A stretch of 64,000 bases of DNA from the NCBI GenBank assembly GCA_030603565.1, contig JAUVXM010000007.1, positions 176 through 64,175 of the forward strand, in the 5' to 3' direction. Of this stretch, positions 26,956-37,207 are shown in pieces. This stretch comes from Candidatus Aminicenantes bacterium (GTDB taxonomy: Bacteria > Acidobacteriota > Aminicenantia > Aminicenantales > Aminicenantaceae). Positions within the stretch are counted from its first letter, which is position 1, and each line of letters begins with the position of its first letter. The notes beneath the pieces were generated by a model. It was not told the origin of the DNA, ran no database searches, and was given only the letters and a program-made list of their open reading frames with translations. The position numbers and the translations under genes are program-made.

Positions 26956-28089
26956 ATGAGGTGTGAAATGAAAAAAGCAGGTAGAATTGTTTTAAGCTTG
27001 ATCATAGTGATTTCTTTTTGTGATTTATTGGAAGCTCAGAAGATCAAAACCATTGATGGTGTTAAAACTATTATTAATGGAAAAAAACCAAAACCTCCCA
27101 AAGCAACTCTTTCTAAACTCAGGCTTGAAGAAGAAATGACAATCGGGGAAGGGGATGACCCGGATAAGTCATTTTCTGAAGTATCTGTTTTTGAAGTAAA
27201 TGATAATGGTTATATATATGCCCTTGACTTTAAGGATCGTAAAGTCAAGATATTTGATGATTCCGGGGCTTATGTTGGGTCGATCGGAAAGAAAGGACAG
27301 GGGCCCGGTGAACTTAATATGCCTTCGGGAATTCTGATATCACAGAAGAATGAATTGATTATTGAGGACACTCTTAACCGAAGATTAGCATTTTTTACTT
27401 TAGAGGGAGAGTTTATCAAGAACATCTCTTTAGCTGACAGGCTTGGTCTAGTCAATCTTATGCAGGATTCGCAAGGATATTTTTTGGGCAGGGAAATAGG
27501 ATTAGATGGTGACAAAATGTATTTTGAGATAAAAAAATATGATGCAGAATTAAAACCTTTATTTACTTTTGATAAGATTGAATTTGCGGTTCCATTGCCT
27601 GGAACAAAGATAAACATAATGGATTTAATGTCCCTATATCAATTTGACGGGAAGGGGAATGTTTTTTATGGCCGCAATCAGGAATATGAATTAAAGGTTT
27701 TTGATGCTGAAGGCAATCATATCCTCAGTATTCAAAAAGATTATAACCCGGTTAAAATAACCCAGGAAGATAAAGATGAGATGTTGGATAAAATTCCCAA
27801 TGTTACGCCTGGGGTAAATATTAAAGAAATGTTTGAATTTCCAAAATATTATCCACCCTACCAGTTTTTTTCCCTGGATGAACAGGAAAGAATATTTGTC
27901 CGAACATGGGAAAAGGGAGAGGTTAAAGGGGAATATGTTTTTGATATTTTTAACCCGGAGGGAATATTTATTGCTCAATATATTACAAAAGCGGATGTTA
28001 GGTTGTGGAAAGATAATAAAATGTATTCAATAGAAGAAAATGATGATGGTTTTAAAGTTATTAAAAGATATGGAGTATATTGGGAATAA
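26956..28089 (+). CDS. Secreted/lipoprotein 6-bladed beta-propeller-like protein (NHL/TolB-like), function unknown
   Basis: Signal peptide, repeated ~45-aa hydrophobic-strand pattern, length ~377 aa. Confidence 0.4.
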   Translation: MRCEMKKAGRIVLSLIIVISFCDLLEAQKIKTIDGVKTIINGKKPKPPKATLSKLRLEEEMTIGEGDDPDKSFSEVSVFEVNDNGYIYALDFKDRKVKIFDDSGAYVGSIGKKGQGPGELNMPSGILISQKNELIIEDTLNRRLAFFTLEGEFIKNISLADRLGLVNLMQDSQGYFLGREIGLDGDKMYFEIKKYDAELKPLFTFDKIEFAVPLPGTKINIMDLMSLYQFDGKGNVFYGRNQEYELKVFDAEGNHILSIQKDYNPVKITQEDKDEMLDKIPNVTPGVNIKEMFEFPKYYPPYQFFSLDEQERIFVRTWEKGEVKGEYVFDIFNPEGIFIAQYITKADVRLWKDNKMYSIEENDDGFKVIKRYGVYWE

Positions 28090-28093
28090 TAAG

Positions 28094-29155
28094 TTATTTC
28101 TTTTTTTTCTTTTTCTTGGTGCTGGTCTTAGTAATATTTTGTGATTTTACTTTCCTCTTTTTCTTCTGTTTTAAAAGGTCTTTATCTGACATCTCTAAAA
28201 GATCAGCGACTTTATCCGGGCCAGCAGCTTGAAGCCCGATGGATACGGTATAAGGAATTTTTCCCCCTGTTTTGTTTTCTTTTTTTATTTGCTTAAATAT
28301 CCTTTGGCGGACGTTTTCGCCTTCATGTTTTTTAGTGTGAGGCATTATAATCGCGAATTCATCTCCGCCATAACGTGCGGCTATATCGATCTTGCGAATA
28401 TTGTTTTTCATAATACTGGCAATATCTTTCAGGACATCGTCCCCGGCAGGGTGCCCTGAATTATCATTGATCTTTTTTAAATCATCAATATCGAGCATAA
28501 GCAGAGCCAGAGTGTTTCCATAGCGTTTACATCTCTCGATTTCTTTTTGAAGCTGCTCGTCAAAGTTTCTCCGGTTGAATACTCCTGTGGTAGCATCGAC
28601 TTTTGCCATGTTTTTGACAAGGCCTAGATAATATATTTTTTCAATAGTAATAGCAGCATAATCAGCTATGGTTGTTAGAATTTTGAGTTCAGTAGGGGAA
28701 AAAGGTTTTTTATCCAACTTGTTGATAAGTTCAATTACTCCAATAACGTCATTATTTACTTTTAAAGGGACTCCGATGATCGATTTGGTCTTAAAGCCGG
28801 TTATCTTGTCTATATGGAGGGAGAAGCGAGAGTCTTTACTGACATCTTTTACAAGGGCAGGCTTTCCGTTTTTAACTATCCAGCCGGCTAAACCCGTGTC
28901 CTTGGACATTCTTAAGTCTTGTAATTTATCTGAACTTTCTCCAGTTACAATTTTAAAATATAGCTCATCTTTTTCTTTATCAAGGAGAAGCAGCGACCAG
29001 TTAAAGGGAGCAAAGATATCACCAATTTTTTCCATGATCTGCTCCATAGCTTTGTTGATACTTTTTGCTGCTGCGATTCCGATGCCGATATCTGCAAAAA
29101 AGGACAATTTTACAAATTCGTCCAGGTCGTTATTAACTTTTTTTTCAATTTTCAT
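28094..29155 (-). CDS. GAF-domain diguanylate cyclase (GGDEF) with C-terminal poly-lysine tail
   Basis: RYGGDEFAIIMP active site, RxxD-like I-site region, N-terminal GAF-like domain; C-terminus KKKRKVKSQNITKTSTKKKKKKK. Confidence 0.85.
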   Translation of the reverse strand: MKIEKKVNNDLDEFVKLSFFADIGIGIAAAKSINKAMEQIMEKIGDIFAPFNWSLLLLDKEKDELYFKIVTGESSDKLQDLRMSKDTGLAGWIVKNGKPALVKDVSKDSRFSLHIDKITGFKTKSIIGVPLKVNNDVIGVIELINKLDKKPFSPTELKILTTIADYAAITIEKIYYLGLVKNMAKVDATTGVFNRRNFDEQLQKEIERCKRYGNTLALLMLDIDDLKKINDNSGHPAGDDVLKDIASIMKNNIRKIDIAARYGGDEFAIIMPHTKKHEGENVRQRIFKQIKKENKTGGKIPYTVSIGLQAAGPDKVADLLEMSDKDLLKQKKKRKVKSQNITKTSTKKKKKKK

Positions 29156-29180
29156 ACTTGCTTTCCGCTAAAAAAAAATA

Positions 29181-31607
29181 TCACAGAGGGAGTTTCTTGT
29201 CAATTTGTCTTGAAATTTCTTTCATTTTACGCACAGCATCAAGGGCATCTTTTGCATAGGCATCTGCGCCGATCTTCTCAGCAAAGGAGGGAGAGACGGC
29301 TGCTCCGCCTATAATTACTCGAATTCCCGGAGCTTTGGAATTTTTTTGAGCAATGACACGTTCCATTTCGTCCAGAGTTGTAGTCATGAGTGCAGAAAGT
29401 CCGATAAAATCAGCTTTTTCTCTGATTGCTGCAGCAACGATTTTATCAGCAGAAATATTTTTCCCCAGGTCTATTAATGTATATCCAAGGTTTCTTAAAA
29501 CCAGAGATACAATGTTTTTTCCGATATCATGCAGGTCGCCAGCAACAGTCGCGAGGACTATTTTTTCCCCTGGCTTTGTAGATTTCTTAACAGAGAAGGA
29601 TTCTTCTAAACATTTTGAAGCAGTTTCCATAGCTTCTGCTGACAGGATCAACTGAGGGAGAAAATAGATTTTTTTCTCATAATTTTTACCTGCTTTTTGC
29701 AGGGCAGGGGAGAGGATTTCTTCAAGGATCTCAAATCCTGTTTTTCCCTGGTCGATAAGCTTTTTTATAAGAGCTTCCACCGGGCTTTTTTCCCCTTCGA
29801 GGACCGCCCGGAAAAGCTTCTTTTCCAGAGATTCATCTTTTTCTGGTTCTGATTCACCCGGCTCTGATTCCGGCTGTCCTGAAAATTCTTTAATATAGTT
29901 TCGCAGCCCTTGATCTCTTCCGGAGAGAGCAGCAGCAGCCATTAAAGAGGAAATCAGATTTGTGTCCAGGGGGTTTAATATGGCAGAATCGAGACCGCTT
30001 TTTACCGCCAGATTTAAAAAGGCCGCATTAAGAAGTCTTCGGAGAGGAAGTCCGAAGGAAATATTGGAAAGGCCTAAAATAGTAGGGATTTGAAGGCTAA
30101 AGGCTAATTCTATAGCTTTTAATGTTTCGTGGGAGGATGCTTGTGATGAGGCAAGTGATAGAGTAATAGGGTCTGCTATAAGGTCATCCCCATTAAGCCC
30201 CTGATCCAATGCTATTTTATACAGATTCTTTATTATTTTTATCCTATTTTCTGCTTTTTCCGGGATCCCGTTTTCATTCAGGGCCAGAAGTATTACGCCG
30301 GCTCCATATTTTTTTGCCAAGGGAAATAACCTTTCATAACTTTTTTTCTCTCCAGTTACAGAATTTATGACCCCTTTTCCGGAGTAGCTACGAAGCGCCT
30401 GCTCTAATGAATCCGGGTTGCTGTTATCTAAAAAAAAGGGAAGCCCGGTTACAGCCTGAATATTTGATACTCCTTTTGCAAAGAATCCCGGCTCGTCTTC
30501 TCCTCTTTTGCCCAGATTTATATCCAAAGCATCTGCTCCAGCAATTTCCTGTTTCCTGGCGTATTTACGGGCGAGGTCTAGTTTATTCTGTTTGAATTCC
30601 TTTTTTAATTTCTTTTTTGCGAAGGGATTTATATTTTCTCCTATGACCCGGAAAGGTAAAGAATTCCCTATTGTAAGAATGGAATTTCGGCTTGAGGCTC
30701 TGAAGAAGGGTTCTATAGTTTTAAGCTTTACGGGTTTTTCCCCTTTAAGCCTCTGGGCGATCAATCTAATATGTTCCGGAGATGTTCCACAGCATCCGCC
30801 GATGATATTTGCCCCCTGCTGATAAAATTTTATTGCGTATTTTAAGTATTCTTCAGGTCCTAGGGGAAAATGAACCGTATTTCCTTTTTTTTCCGGTTCT
30901 CCGGCATTGGCATAGATGATAAGGGGTTTGCGGCTATGTGTAACTATTTCTCGAATAATGGGTTCGAAATTTTCTGGATGTCCCCCGCAATTTACCCCGA
31001 AGATATCGGCTTCAGTTGCCGAAAAAGTGATTGCTGTAGTCGCAGGGTCTGAACCGGTGACGGTCAGGGTGTCTTCAAAAGGAAATGTCATTGACACAGC
31101 AACAGGAATGGATGTTTCTGATTTTGCGGCGATGAGGGCGGTTTTTGCTTCCAGAATATCTATTTGTGTTTCAATAAGAAGAAGGTCTGCCCCGCTTTGT
31201 TCAAGAATTCCTGCCTGTTCCGCAAAGGCTGCATAAGCCTCTTCAATGCTTAAATCTCCTATGGGTTGGATAAGTTTTCCTAGAGGTCCTATAGAGCCTG
31301 CTACATAAGCATTTTTGCCGGCACATGCTTTTTTAGCAATATTTACCGCAGCGCGGTTGAAATCTTTGACCCTGTCTCCTGCTCCGTGTTCATTTAATTT
31401 GACCCTTGAAGCTCCCAAGGTATTGGTTTCAATGATATCAGCTCCGGCTTCAAGATAGGCTTTATGAATATCAAGGATAACATTGTCTTTTTCCAGGTTG
31501 AGCAATTCCGGATAATCGAATCTTTGCCTGGTTCTTTTCATAATTTCCGTGCCCATACCCCCATCAAGGATAAGGATTTGATCGCAAAGAATATCTTTAA
31601 ATTTCAT
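29181..31607 (-). CDS. metH: Cobalamin-dependent methionine synthase, short form lacking the AdoMet reactivation domain (Hcy-binding + pterin-binding + B12 cap/B12-binding domains)
   Basis: N-terminal homocysteine S-methyltransferase domain (GGCCGTSPEHI), pterin-binding domain, C-terminal DxHxxG B12 motif GDLHDIGKNIV...SALMTTT. Confidence 0.9.
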   Translation of the reverse strand: MKFKDILCDQILILDGGMGTEIMKRTRQRFDYPELLNLEKDNVILDIHKAYLEAGADIIETNTLGASRVKLNEHGAGDRVKDFNRAAVNIAKKACAGKNAYVAGSIGPLGKLIQPIGDLSIEEAYAAFAEQAGILEQSGADLLLIETQIDILEAKTALIAAKSETSIPVAVSMTFPFEDTLTVTGSDPATTAITFSATEADIFGVNCGGHPENFEPIIREIVTHSRKPLIIYANAGEPEKKGNTVHFPLGPEEYLKYAIKFYQQGANIIGGCCGTSPEHIRLIAQRLKGEKPVKLKTIEPFFRASSRNSILTIGNSLPFRVIGENINPFAKKKLKKEFKQNKLDLARKYARKQEIAGADALDINLGKRGEDEPGFFAKGVSNIQAVTGLPFFLDNSNPDSLEQALRSYSGKGVINSVTGEKKSYERLFPLAKKYGAGVILLALNENGIPEKAENRIKIIKNLYKIALDQGLNGDDLIADPITLSLASSQASSHETLKAIELAFSLQIPTILGLSNISFGLPLRRLLNAAFLNLAVKSGLDSAILNPLDTNLISSLMAAAALSGRDQGLRNYIKEFSGQPESEPGESEPEKDESLEKKLFRAVLEGEKSPVEALIKKLIDQGKTGFEILEEILSPALQKAGKNYEKKIYFLPQLILSAEAMETASKCLEESFSVKKSTKPGEKIVLATVAGDLHDIGKNIVSLVLRNLGYTLIDLGKNISADKIVAAAIREKADFIGLSALMTTTLDEMERVIAQKNSKAPGIRVIIGGAAVSPSFAEKIGADAYAKDALDAVRKMKEISRQIDKKLPL

Positions 31608-31611
31608 AGTG

Positions 31612-33549
31612 CTACATCCGTTCCGGCCGAGGTATTCCTATTAAATCAAGTGCGGTTTTTAAAGTGTTGCGGACAAAATGTATGGTCAAGATCCGGATAT
31701 TTTTGATATCCCTGTTTTTCTCGGATAATATGGAGTATTTATGATAATAGGCATTGAATTTTTGACATAGTTCGAAAGTATATTTTGCCAGATGAAGAAA
31801 TTCCAGAGAATTAAGGGAGTGCAGCACTTCTTCATCCAGTTTTGAAACATAAAGAATGATTTCCCAAAAATCGGAATATTCTGACTCAGGAAGTACTTCA
31901 AGGCGGATATCGCTGGATTTGATAAGAGATTGGAGATCGGTTTGATTAAAGCCAAAATTTTCTTCTAATTTTCGGAAAATACTATTAATACGGACAAAGG
32001 TATACTGCAAATACGGTCCGGTCTCACCTTCAAAGCTTAAAGCATCTTCAAAGTCGAAGATGATAATAGAACTGCGGGCAAATTTCAGCATAAAATAGCG
32101 GACTGATCCACAAGCGATCTTTTGGGCTATGCGTCTTTTCTTTTCAACTGAAAGGTTTGGGTTTCTTTTTTCGACTTCAACCAGAGCTTTCTCATCCAGC
32201 TTGTCCAGCAGGTCATCAGCTTTGACTCCCAATCCTTTTCTTCCAGAGATTTCGAGAAAATCTTTATCTCTGTCTGCTTCGGAAACATTTACATCAAGTT
32301 CCTCTAAGCTTTTTGGGGAGAGAGCAACCATTTCATAGGAAAAATGAGTGGATTTTTCCGCTTGTTCCACAAATTTTAGGGATCTAAGACCCTGAATAAC
32401 GATTTTTTGAGGATATGACTGCCGGATATCGATGATATTATAAACACAGCTGCCTTGTCCGAATTCAGGGAAATTTGTAGTTTTTTTAGAAGACGTGATC
32501 CAAATAGTCTTTTTCCCCTGTTTTACAAATGGTTTATAGAAAAAATCTTTTTTTAAAAGGCCGAATTTCCAGAGCTGGTAAGCGATGTCTTTTCCGACAT
32601 ATGTGACGATTCCATTGGAACGTACCAGAATTTTTTCCTGCTGACTTTCGTCTTCTAATTTCATAACCCAGCAGCCTTTATTTGCCCCTTCTTCTATAAA
32701 ATAAGTGGCTTTTTTCTCTTTAAGTAGTTGGAATGCTAATTTCCAGAATTCAAGCCTGATTATACTGCTTTCACAGGCTTGCAGGTCATAGGAGATATCT
32801 AATCTCTGCATAGTTTTAAGATGAGCTTTAAGTATACGCTGGGAGATATGCTGGGCAAGCTTGGCTTCCACACCAGTCCCTTCCTCGATATTTTTCAGGA
32901 TTTTTGATTTCTTCTCCTTGCTTCCCGGATGGTGCTCGATATAATCTGCTACCCTTGTGTATAGGTCCCAGCAGTAAAAATCAAATTTTTCCGGAATACT
33001 TTTTACTTCCTCCAGAGTTTTAGGTTCGATCTCCATAAAACCAAAAACAACATCTGCAACCTGAACTCCGGTATCATCGATATAGTTCTGGATCTCAACA
33101 TTTTCCCCTTTATATTTTAAGCAGCGGGCCAGAGTATCTCCCAGACAGGAATTCCGGAGGTGGCCGATGTGGGCTGCTTTATTGGGATTAATGGAAGTAT
33201 GTTCAACAATTATTTTGTTTTCTTCCGAAGTCAAGGAAGACTTTACGGTTGTTTGGAGCTTCTGTTGGAAAAATTTATCACGGTTTATATAAAGATTAAT
33301 AAATCCGCCGCCGGCGATATCGACTTTATTTATCCCCTCCAGCGCTATAAGCTTAGGCGCGATCTCTGCAGCAATATCCCTGGGAGAGCGGTGCATGATT
33401 TTCGCAAGCTGAAAAGGGAAAGGCAGGGCTAAGTCTCCCAATTTCATTTGGGGTGTATAATTGATTTCCAATTTAATAGATTCAAGCGGATATTCAGAAT
33501 CTAAGAGCTCATGGATTTGTTTTTTTAGGTTGTTTTTAAATTCAATCAT
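31612..33549 (-). CDS. argS: Arginyl-tRNA synthetase
   Basis: HIGH motif NPNKAAHIGHLRNSCLGDTLARCL, Arg_tRNA_synt_N-like N-terminus, DALR anticodon-binding C-terminus ending ...IGIPRPERM. Confidence 0.85.
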   Translation of the reverse strand: MIEFKNNLKKQIHELLDSEYPLESIKLEINYTPQMKLGDLALPFPFQLAKIMHRSPRDIAAEIAPKLIALEGINKVDIAGGGFINLYINRDKFFQQKLQTTVKSSLTSEENKIIVEHTSINPNKAAHIGHLRNSCLGDTLARCLKYKGENVEIQNYIDDTGVQVADVVFGFMEIEPKTLEEVKSIPEKFDFYCWDLYTRVADYIEHHPGSKEKKSKILKNIEEGTGVEAKLAQHISQRILKAHLKTMQRLDISYDLQACESSIIRLEFWKLAFQLLKEKKATYFIEEGANKGCWVMKLEDESQQEKILVRSNGIVTYVGKDIAYQLWKFGLLKKDFFYKPFVKQGKKTIWITSSKKTTNFPEFGQGSCVYNIIDIRQSYPQKIVIQGLRSLKFVEQAEKSTHFSYEMVALSPKSLEELDVNVSEADRDKDFLEISGRKGLGVKADDLLDKLDEKALVEVEKRNPNLSVEKKRRIAQKIACGSVRYFMLKFARSSIIIFDFEDALSFEGETGPYLQYTFVRINSIFRKLEENFGFNQTDLQSLIKSSDIRLEVLPESEYSDFWEIILYVSKLDEEVLHSLNSLEFLHLAKYTFELCQKFNAYYHKYSILSEKNRDIKNIRILTIHFVRNTLKTALDLIGIPRPERM

Positions 33550-33580
33550 TGTGGTTGCTAATTATAACAAAATTATACCT

Positions 33581-33608
33581 CCTGTACTAATCATAAAAAA
33601 TGTCGATA
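33581..33608. repeat. Degenerate left TIR (CCTGTACTAATCATAAAAAATGTCGAT)
   Basis: Matches the TIR consensus with two substitutions. Confidence 0.6.
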
Positions 33609-33675
33609 TTTATGATATTTAGAAAATGGAAAATTAGGTTCTCTCAACTTTTTTTCAAACTTAAAAAAGTTATAA

Positions 33676-33833
33676 GGCATGGACACTGGTAAGTCCCTTC
33701 GAAAGACAGGGATTTCCCCCAGCTGGGAAATCCCTTCCTGTCCTCACAACGCTCTCCTCGAGATTCTCTCGAGGAACCATGCCCGCGTTGTTCCGGATGG
33801 CTTTCTCCGGGATTTACCAGTATCCATGCCAGC
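33676..33833. repeat. Family D hairpin element bounded by inverted repeats GGCATGGACACTGGTAA / TTACCAGTATCCATGCC
   Basis: Inner hairpins CAGGGATTTCCCCCAGCTGGGAAATCCC and CCTCGAGATTCTCTCGAGG followed by GAACCATGCCCGC. Paralog of 12761-12880; fragment at 58770-58815. Confidence 0.75.
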
Positions 33834-33839
33834 GCTTAG

Positions 33840-33959
33840 CCTTAATTATTCATAAGTTTTACATAGCGGCAATTTTTATGAATAGATATAAATTATCTTG
33901 AATCAATGGATATTATGTGATAAAAATTGGTTTAATTATATAAACCTGAATTATTCAAG
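33840..33959. repeat. Cluster of three TIR-like fragments (CCTTAATTATTCATAAG; AATTTTTATGAATAGATAT; CCTGAATTATTCAAG) in the gcvT 5' region
   Basis: Direct reading. Confidence 0.6.
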
Positions 33960-34002
33960 AATATACATATATTTTTATATATTATGAAAGGAAGAGAAGA
34001 AA

Positions 34003-35091
34003 ATGAAGAAAACCCGCTTGAATTCAAATCATAAAAAATTAAACGGAAAAATGGTTGATTTTTTTGGTTGGGAGATGCCGGTTGAATATTCTGGGATAGT
34101 GAAAGAACATTTGGCTGTACGGCAGAAAGCAGGGCTTTTTGATGTAAGCCATATGGGGGAAATCCAAATCACAGGGTCTCAGGCCTTGGATTACATCCAA
34201 TATCTGACTCCGAATAATGCTGCGCATGTAAATGCTGAAAGAGCCCAATATTCTGCCCTGACAACTCCTGAAGGGACTTTTATTGATGACCTGTTAATAT
34301 ATTTAGGGGAGGACAATAAATATCTTTTAGTTGTAAATGCTGCCAATGTAGATAAAGATTTTAAATGGGTCAGCAGCCATACAAAAGGATTTGATGTAGA
34401 TGTGAAAAATCTCAGTGATAAATATTCCCAGATAGCTATTCAAGGGCCTAAAGCAGTGGAAATTCTAAAGCCGTTGACTGATGTGGGCCTGGAAGAAATG
34501 AAAGCATTCAGGGTAGCTTTTGGAACTGTTGCTGGAATAGAAGCTATGGTTTCACGCACCGGTTATACAGGAGAAGATGGTTTTGAGGTTTATACTCAAT
34601 CAAATAACCCCGGGAAAATATGGGATGCTCTGCTTGAGCAGGGCAAAAATGCTGGAATTCAGCCGGTCGGATTGGGAGCACGGGATACACTCAGGCTTGA
34701 AGCCTGTCTGATGCTTTATGGAAATGATATTGATAATACGACTACAGTACTGGAAGCAGGTCTGCGCTGGTTGGTAAAATTTAAAAAGGGAGATTTTTTA
34801 GGAAGAGAGGCTCTTCTTACTCAAAAGAAAGAAGGATTAAAACGAAGGTTAATAGGTTTTGAGCTCCAGGGAAGGGGAATTGCCCGGTCACATTACCCCG
34901 TGTATATTAAAGGAGAAAAAGTATCTGAAGTTACATCCGGTACTTTTTCGCCTTATTTGAAAAAAAGTATAGGTTTGGCTTATCTTCCAATTGAATATAC
35001 GGAGAAAGGAACAGAATTTGAGATCGGAATAAGAGACAGACGGGTTAAAACCCGGGTGGTTCCTATTCCTTTTTATAAGCATGATGATTAA
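34003..35091 (+). CDS. gcvT: Glycine cleavage system T protein (aminomethyltransferase)
   Basis: GWEMPVEYSGIVKEHLAVRQKAGLFDVSHMGEI and the whole-length GcvT pattern. Confidence 0.92.
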   Translation: MKKTRLNSNHKKLNGKMVDFFGWEMPVEYSGIVKEHLAVRQKAGLFDVSHMGEIQITGSQALDYIQYLTPNNAAHVNAERAQYSALTTPEGTFIDDLLIYLGEDNKYLLVVNAANVDKDFKWVSSHTKGFDVDVKNLSDKYSQIAIQGPKAVEILKPLTDVGLEEMKAFRVAFGTVAGIEAMVSRTGYTGEDGFEVYTQSNNPGKIWDALLEQGKNAGIQPVGLGARDTLRLEACLMLYGNDIDNTTTVLEAGLRWLVKFKKGDFLGREALLTQKKEGLKRRLIGFELQGRGIARSHYPVYIKGEKVSEVTSGTFSPYLKKSIGLAYLPIEYTEKGTEFEIGIRDRRVKTRVVPIPFYKHDD

Positions 35092-35100
35092 CTTAGGAGA

Positions 35101-35448
35101 CTTAATTATTCACGAGTCGAGGGTGCTGAATATGAGGAAAAGCGGAAAATAGTAAATGGTAAATGGGAAAAACCGTGAAATGTGAATTGTAAAATGTGAA
35201 ATGTTATGGTAAAAGATTTGTATCTTATGAAATTCTGATGTGGCTGAAGCGACATTGAAGATTTAGCCTTCTGATGAAGTTTTTCGAGGAAATCCGACGC
35301 AGTCGGACGCTGAGTATGTTTGACCCACGGACGGGGGGAGTTACGCAGGCGCCGAGAAAAACGAAGAAGAATGGCGTTAAAAATCTGAAGCGAGCGCAAG
35401 CCATACCTGAATTTCATTCATATCGACATTTTTTATGAATAGTTAAGG
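35101..35448. repeat. Composite intergenic repeat block: truncated A-core end (35101-35122, minus orientation), family E (35130-35215), family C (35379-35417), right TIR (35422-35448) abutting the gcvH RBS
   Basis: CTTAATTATTCACGAGTCGAGG; GGAAAATAGTAAATGGTAAATGGG...GTGAAATGTGAATTGTAAAATGTGAAATG; AAAAATCTGAAGCGAGCGCAAGCCATACCTGAATTTCAT; ATCGACATTTTTTATGAATAGTTAAGG. Confidence 0.8.
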
Positions 35449-35459
35449 AGGAGGTAAAT

Positions 35460-35846
35460 ATGTATCCGGAAGACTATTATTATACGAAGGACCACGAATG
35501 GATTAAGATTGAAGGTAATAAAGCCACGGTAGGAGTCACTGATTTTGCCCAGAAACAAATGGGAGATGTTGTCTATGTTGAACTCCCGGAAATCGGAACA
35601 AAACTTAAGTTTCATAAATCCTTTGGTGTAATCGAATCAGTTAAAGCTGTATCCGATGTTTATGCACCTGTTTCCGGAGAAGTAACGGAAGTGAATGAGG
35701 ATTTGAATGATGCTCCTGAAATTCTAAATGAAGACCCCCATAAAAAGGGCTGGGTAATCAAGTTAAATATAGAAGATAAAGCTGAACTCGAGGAACTTAT
35801 GTCTTTGTCAGACTATGAGAAATTCTTAGAGGGATTGGAAGATTGA
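35460..35846 (+). CDS. gcvH: Glycine cleavage system H protein (lipoyl carrier)
   Basis: Lipoyl-lysine motif ESVKAVSD; 128 aa. Confidence 0.92.
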   Translation: MYPEDYYYTKDHEWIKIEGNKATVGVTDFAQKQMGDVVYVELPEIGTKLKFHKSFGVIESVKAVSDVYAPVSGEVTEVNEDLNDAPEILNEDPHKKGWVIKLNIEDKAELEELMSLSDYEKFLEGLED

Positions 35847-35850
35847 GAGA

Positions 35851-37200
35851 ATGAACTACATTTCATTAAGTGACAAAGATAAAAAGGAGATGTTGGATGA
35901 GATCGGCATTTCCACAGTAGATGAACTTTTTACTTCTGTTCCGAAGAATATTAAACTCAAGAGGCTTCTAGATGTACCTGCTGCCCTATCAGAACCTGAG
36001 CTTGTAGATAAGCTGAGAGAGATTGCTGAAAAAAATAAAAATGCCGGGCTCCTGTCTTTCCTTGGGGCTGGGGCGTACCAACATTATATCCCTGCTGTTG
36101 TTGATTATTTAAGCAGTAGAGGGGAATTTGTCAGTCCATATACACCATATCAACCTGAAGTAAGTCAAGGAACTCTCCAGGTCATTTTTGAATTTCAGAC
36201 CCTGATTTGCCAGTTAACCGGCATGGACATTGCCAATGCTTCTTTATATGATGGAGCATCAGGAGCGGCGGAGGCTGTTCTTATGGCCAATCGTCTAACC
36301 CGAAAGGAAAAGATTTTAGTTGCGTCAACGCTTCATCCTCAGTACCGGCAGGTGATTAAGACTTACACCCGGAACTTGGGGCTATCGATCGAAGAGATCG
36401 ATTTTGTAAACTCCGGGAAAATCGATACAGAGCAACTAGCAAAGAAAATCGACGAAGAAACAGCAGCAGTCGTCTGTCAATCTCCTAATTTTTTTGGGAT
36501 CGTAGAAGATATCCAGACCATATCTAATATTGCCCACAAAAAAAATGCCCTTTCTGTCTGTGTAGTTTCAGAACCGATCTCTTTAGGTATTTTGGAGCCT
36601 CCCGGTAAACTGGGAGCGGATATTGTTACCGGCGAAGCTCAGGCATTTGGGATGCCTCTAAGTTTCGGAGGTCCTTACCTTGGATTCATGGCATGTTCTA
36701 AAAAATATTTACGCCAGTTTCCGGGACGTATTGCCGGTCAGACCAAGGATGTTGATGGGAAACAGGGATATGTATTGACATTATCAACACGCGAGCAGCA
36801 TATAAGAAGAGAAAGAGCTACATCCAATATCTGTACTAATCAAGCTTTGTGTCTGTTGAGAGCGACAATGTTTCTGGAAACTTTGGGGAAATGTGGATTA
36901 AGGGATATGGCAACTCATAACTTATATAAAGCAGATTATGCCCGGCAAAAAATCAGCGAAGTCAAAGGGGTTGAAGCAAGGTTCAGCGGGACTTCATTTA
37001 ATGAGTTTGTCTTAAGTTTTAACAGGCCCTGGGTAGAGATAGAATCTTCCTTAAGAGAAAAACTCATTATCGGTGGCTATGACTTGCAAAAAGATTATCC
37101 CGGGCTTAAAAATTGCGCTCTTTTCTGTGTGACAGAGATGCATAAGAAAGAAGATATCGATAAGTTAGTAGAAATTCTTGATGAGATATTAAGACAATAA
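35851..37200 (+). CDS. gcvPA: Glycine dehydrogenase (decarboxylating) subunit 1
   Basis: Typical GcvPA N-terminus and PLP-fold; followed directly by subunit 2. Confidence 0.9.
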   Translation: MNYISLSDKDKKEMLDEIGISTVDELFTSVPKNIKLKRLLDVPAALSEPELVDKLREIAEKNKNAGLLSFLGAGAYQHYIPAVVDYLSSRGEFVSPYTPYQPEVSQGTLQVIFEFQTLICQLTGMDIANASLYDGASGAAEAVLMANRLTRKEKILVASTLHPQYRQVIKTYTRNLGLSIEEIDFVNSGKIDTEQLAKKIDEETAAVVCQSPNFFGIVEDIQTISNIAHKKNALSVCVVSEPISLGILEPPGKLGADIVTGEAQAFGMPLSFGGPYLGFMACSKKYLRQFPGRIAGQTKDVDGKQGYVLTLSTREQHIRRERATSNICTNQALCLLRATMFLETLGKCGLRDMATHNLYKADYARQKISEVKGVEARFSGTSFNEFVLSFNRPWVEIESSLREKLIIGGYDLQKDYPGLKNCALFCVTEMHKKEDIDKLVEILDEILRQ

Positions 37201-37207
37201 GGGATAT

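Noticed and set aside
33550-34003. Glycine riboswitch upstream of gcvT
   Set aside because: No GGAGAG…ACCGAAGGGGCAA-type aptamer core is present; the region consists of repeat-family fragments.
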